Shown in pieces: positions 61,759 to 64,000 of a stretch of 64,000 nucleotides of DNA. Location of the stretch: NCBI GenBank assembly GCA_964106645.2, contig OZ067051.1; one strand, written 5' to 3'. Under the pieces are notes generated by a model. It did not search any database. It was not told the origin of the DNA and worked only from the letters and a program-made list of their open reading frames with translations. The DNA is from Podarcis pityusensis. Lineage: Eukaryota. Each line of letters begins with the position of its first letter. The stretch's first letter is position 1. The position numbers were made by a program, and so were the translations under genes.

Positions 61759-63576
61759 TATAACCCTCCTCTTCCTTTGTCTCTGGGGTGGCTTCCAGGA
61801 CTTTAGATTTGAACCGTCTTCACCCTCTGGGTGCTCTCCAAATTCCTTTATCTGTTTATTTATTGCATTTACACCCCACCTTTCCCTCCAAGGAGCTCAA
61901 GGTGGTAAACATGGCTCTCCTATAATTCCCACAACAACCCTGTGAGGTAGGTTTGGCTGAGAGGCAGTGACTGGCCCAAGGCCAACCAGGAAGCTTTGTG
62001 GCTGAGTGGGGGATTCAAACCTTGGTGTCTCCCAGGTTCTTGTCGAACATTCCCATCAGCCACCAGCCTCAGGGGTCCAGGAGAAGTCTGGAGGGCAGCC
62101 TGTTGACAGAGGCTGTCTTTAGGAGCAAAATTCTTGAGAATCTTCTCTCTTCTTTTTCTCCTGGGGGTAGCTGGAGGTCCAGAGTCCATGGCAGCAGCTA
62201 TATTGAGATGCTGATGACCACCACCAGCCCCCCGGGGAGAACTCCTTGCCTCTGGCCCTGCAGCAGCCTTTTATAGCGCCTCCTCTCATCCCATAACTGC
62301 TGTTTCCTGAGAGATTGATGGAGGCCCCCAACTATTGCTCTAACTGGCCTTTGGGGGTTCCCTGCACAACAAACCTCTCCAGGAAGCACATGCACCCTTG
62401 GGTGCTGTGTGAATCGCTCGGTGATGGCCATGCATGTGTGAATAAGCTACCTGATGACTTCCAGGGGGTGCTGCAACCTGTCCCCGCTTCCATTCCTGCG
62501 AACAGCCTCCCCTGTTTACCTGAGCTCACCTTTTCCTTCTCTCCCAGAGAGAGGGCTGCTTTGTGCTCTAGTGTAGGGACATGCTAGCCCTGTCTCTGGC
62601 TTCGGTGGCGCTCTGTGTGCTCTCCTACCACCCTCCTGTGGTGCCTCTGTGTTGTTTGTGTTTGTGATTGAGTACACCCAGCCTGAAGGGCAGAGGCTTC
62701 CCATAATTTATCCCCTGTTTAAGTGCTGTCACTTGCACCCCTGGACTCTTAAATCCTGGCCTAATTAGCATCTCTCTCTTCCCCTTTCTCAGCACTTTCT
62801 CCCTCTGCTGGGTATCGATCCTTCCTCCACAGGCACAGGACCAACTGTTGACAATTTATGGTAACATAAAACCCGCTCTCTCTCTCAGCAAAAGTGGCAC
62901 CTCTTAATAGAATGCTCTGCCAGCCTCAGCCACTGCGCTGGCAGCTGAACGTGATTACAGAATAGATTGGACTGCTAGCCCTGCGCTGCGTGGCAGCAAG
63001 GAGCAGGCAGCCCATTAAGCCAGCCGGTGAGGAATCTTCCCTCGGCCGCTGAGAGTTTCATAAATATCCAGCCACCTAATTGAAAGCCACAGAGGTCAGC
63101 CGAGAACTGGGCAAGAGCCACGGAGCCCTCCTGGCTGCTTGAAGGACCGACTCTGTTTTCAAGCACAGACAGGCCTCCTCGGGAAGTGAGAGGTACCCTG
63201 ATAAAGGGACTGGCTGCTGCTTTCATTGTGCAGACGAGACCAAGACAAGATCTTGGATTGTTGACATCTGGAGACACCAAAGGACAACATCCTTCCTCTC
63301 CAGTGCATTTACAGGATGATGGCTGCTCTGACAGTCTATCTTTTAATTATTATTTATTCACTGAATTTATTTACTACCTTTCTGCCAAGATACCCAAGGT
63401 TTTAAAGAACTAATGCGATTGATAACAATTTGTAAAAACGAGGTAGGGGGACAGTCCAGGTGGAGCAGGCCTTGACTCCCTTGCACTTTTTTTCCACCTC
63501 ACCCACCAACATTTCTCTGATGAAAATAGGGACATCCTATTCTATTACTACTACTATTACTATTAGTATTTTACTA

Positions 63577-63816
63577 CAGTGGTACCTCTGGTTGCGAATG
63601 GGATCCGTTCCAGAGGCCCATTCACAACATGAAAAGAACGCAACCCGCAGCAGCGCACAGGTTGCGATTTGCTGCTTCTGCGCATGCGCGTGATGCCATT
63701 TTGCGCATGTGCGAGTGGCAAAACCTGGAAGTAACCTTTTCTGGTACTTCTGGGTTGCCGCAGGACGTAACCTGAAAGAACGTAACACGAAGTGGACGTA
63801 ACATGAGGTATGACTG
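63577..63816. mobile_element. Tc1/mariner-type MITE, second family with the same TIR
   Basis: TA|CAGTGGTACCTC...GAGGTATGACTG; different interior; partial relative at ~31577-31810. Confidence 0.7.
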
Positions 63817-64000
63817 TGTTTACACCCTGCCCATCTGACTGGGTTGCCCCAGCTCCCTGGGTGGATTCCAACATATATAAAAACATAATAAAACATTAAA
63901 CATTAACAAAACTATACAGGGCTGCCTTCAGGTGGCTCATACCCACCAACAGTTCTCAGATGAAAATAAGGGCATCCTGCCATACCCTCCAACATTTCTC

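Overview
Vertebrate genomic DNA, almost certainly a squamate reptile and probably a lacertid lizard, judged from the Sauria SINEs, BovB, CR1/L2 and lizard-type hAT/Tc1 MITEs. Two genes lie head-to-head. SCNN1G (ENaC gamma) is on the minus strand: a probable non-coding exon 1 in a CpG island at ~12.8-13.0 kb, then coding exons 2-7 running off the left edge. USP31 is complete on the plus strand: 16 coding exons at 18038-53339 (4251 nt, 1416 aa by my exon assembly), with a probable ~5 kb 3'UTR ending at tandem AATAAA near 58430. All coding splice junctions are GT-AG and phase-consistent. There is no prokaryotic-type system. The most unusual structures are retrotransposition and transposon products: (1) a near full-length BovB (RTE) LINE with its 5' half inverted inside an 11-bp TSD, a twin-priming geometry best known from mammalian L1; (2) a tailless, 3'-truncated 5S rRNA retrocopy with a 13-bp TSD and 3-nt priming overlap; (3) a fossil transposase of a divergent hAT-like lineage in USP31 intron 1. 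Other points are upstream ORFs before USP31, a diverged protease-released inhibitory tract in gamma-ENaC, and candidate CTCF and enhancer sequence downstream of USP31. Family names come from recalled motifs, not database searches.
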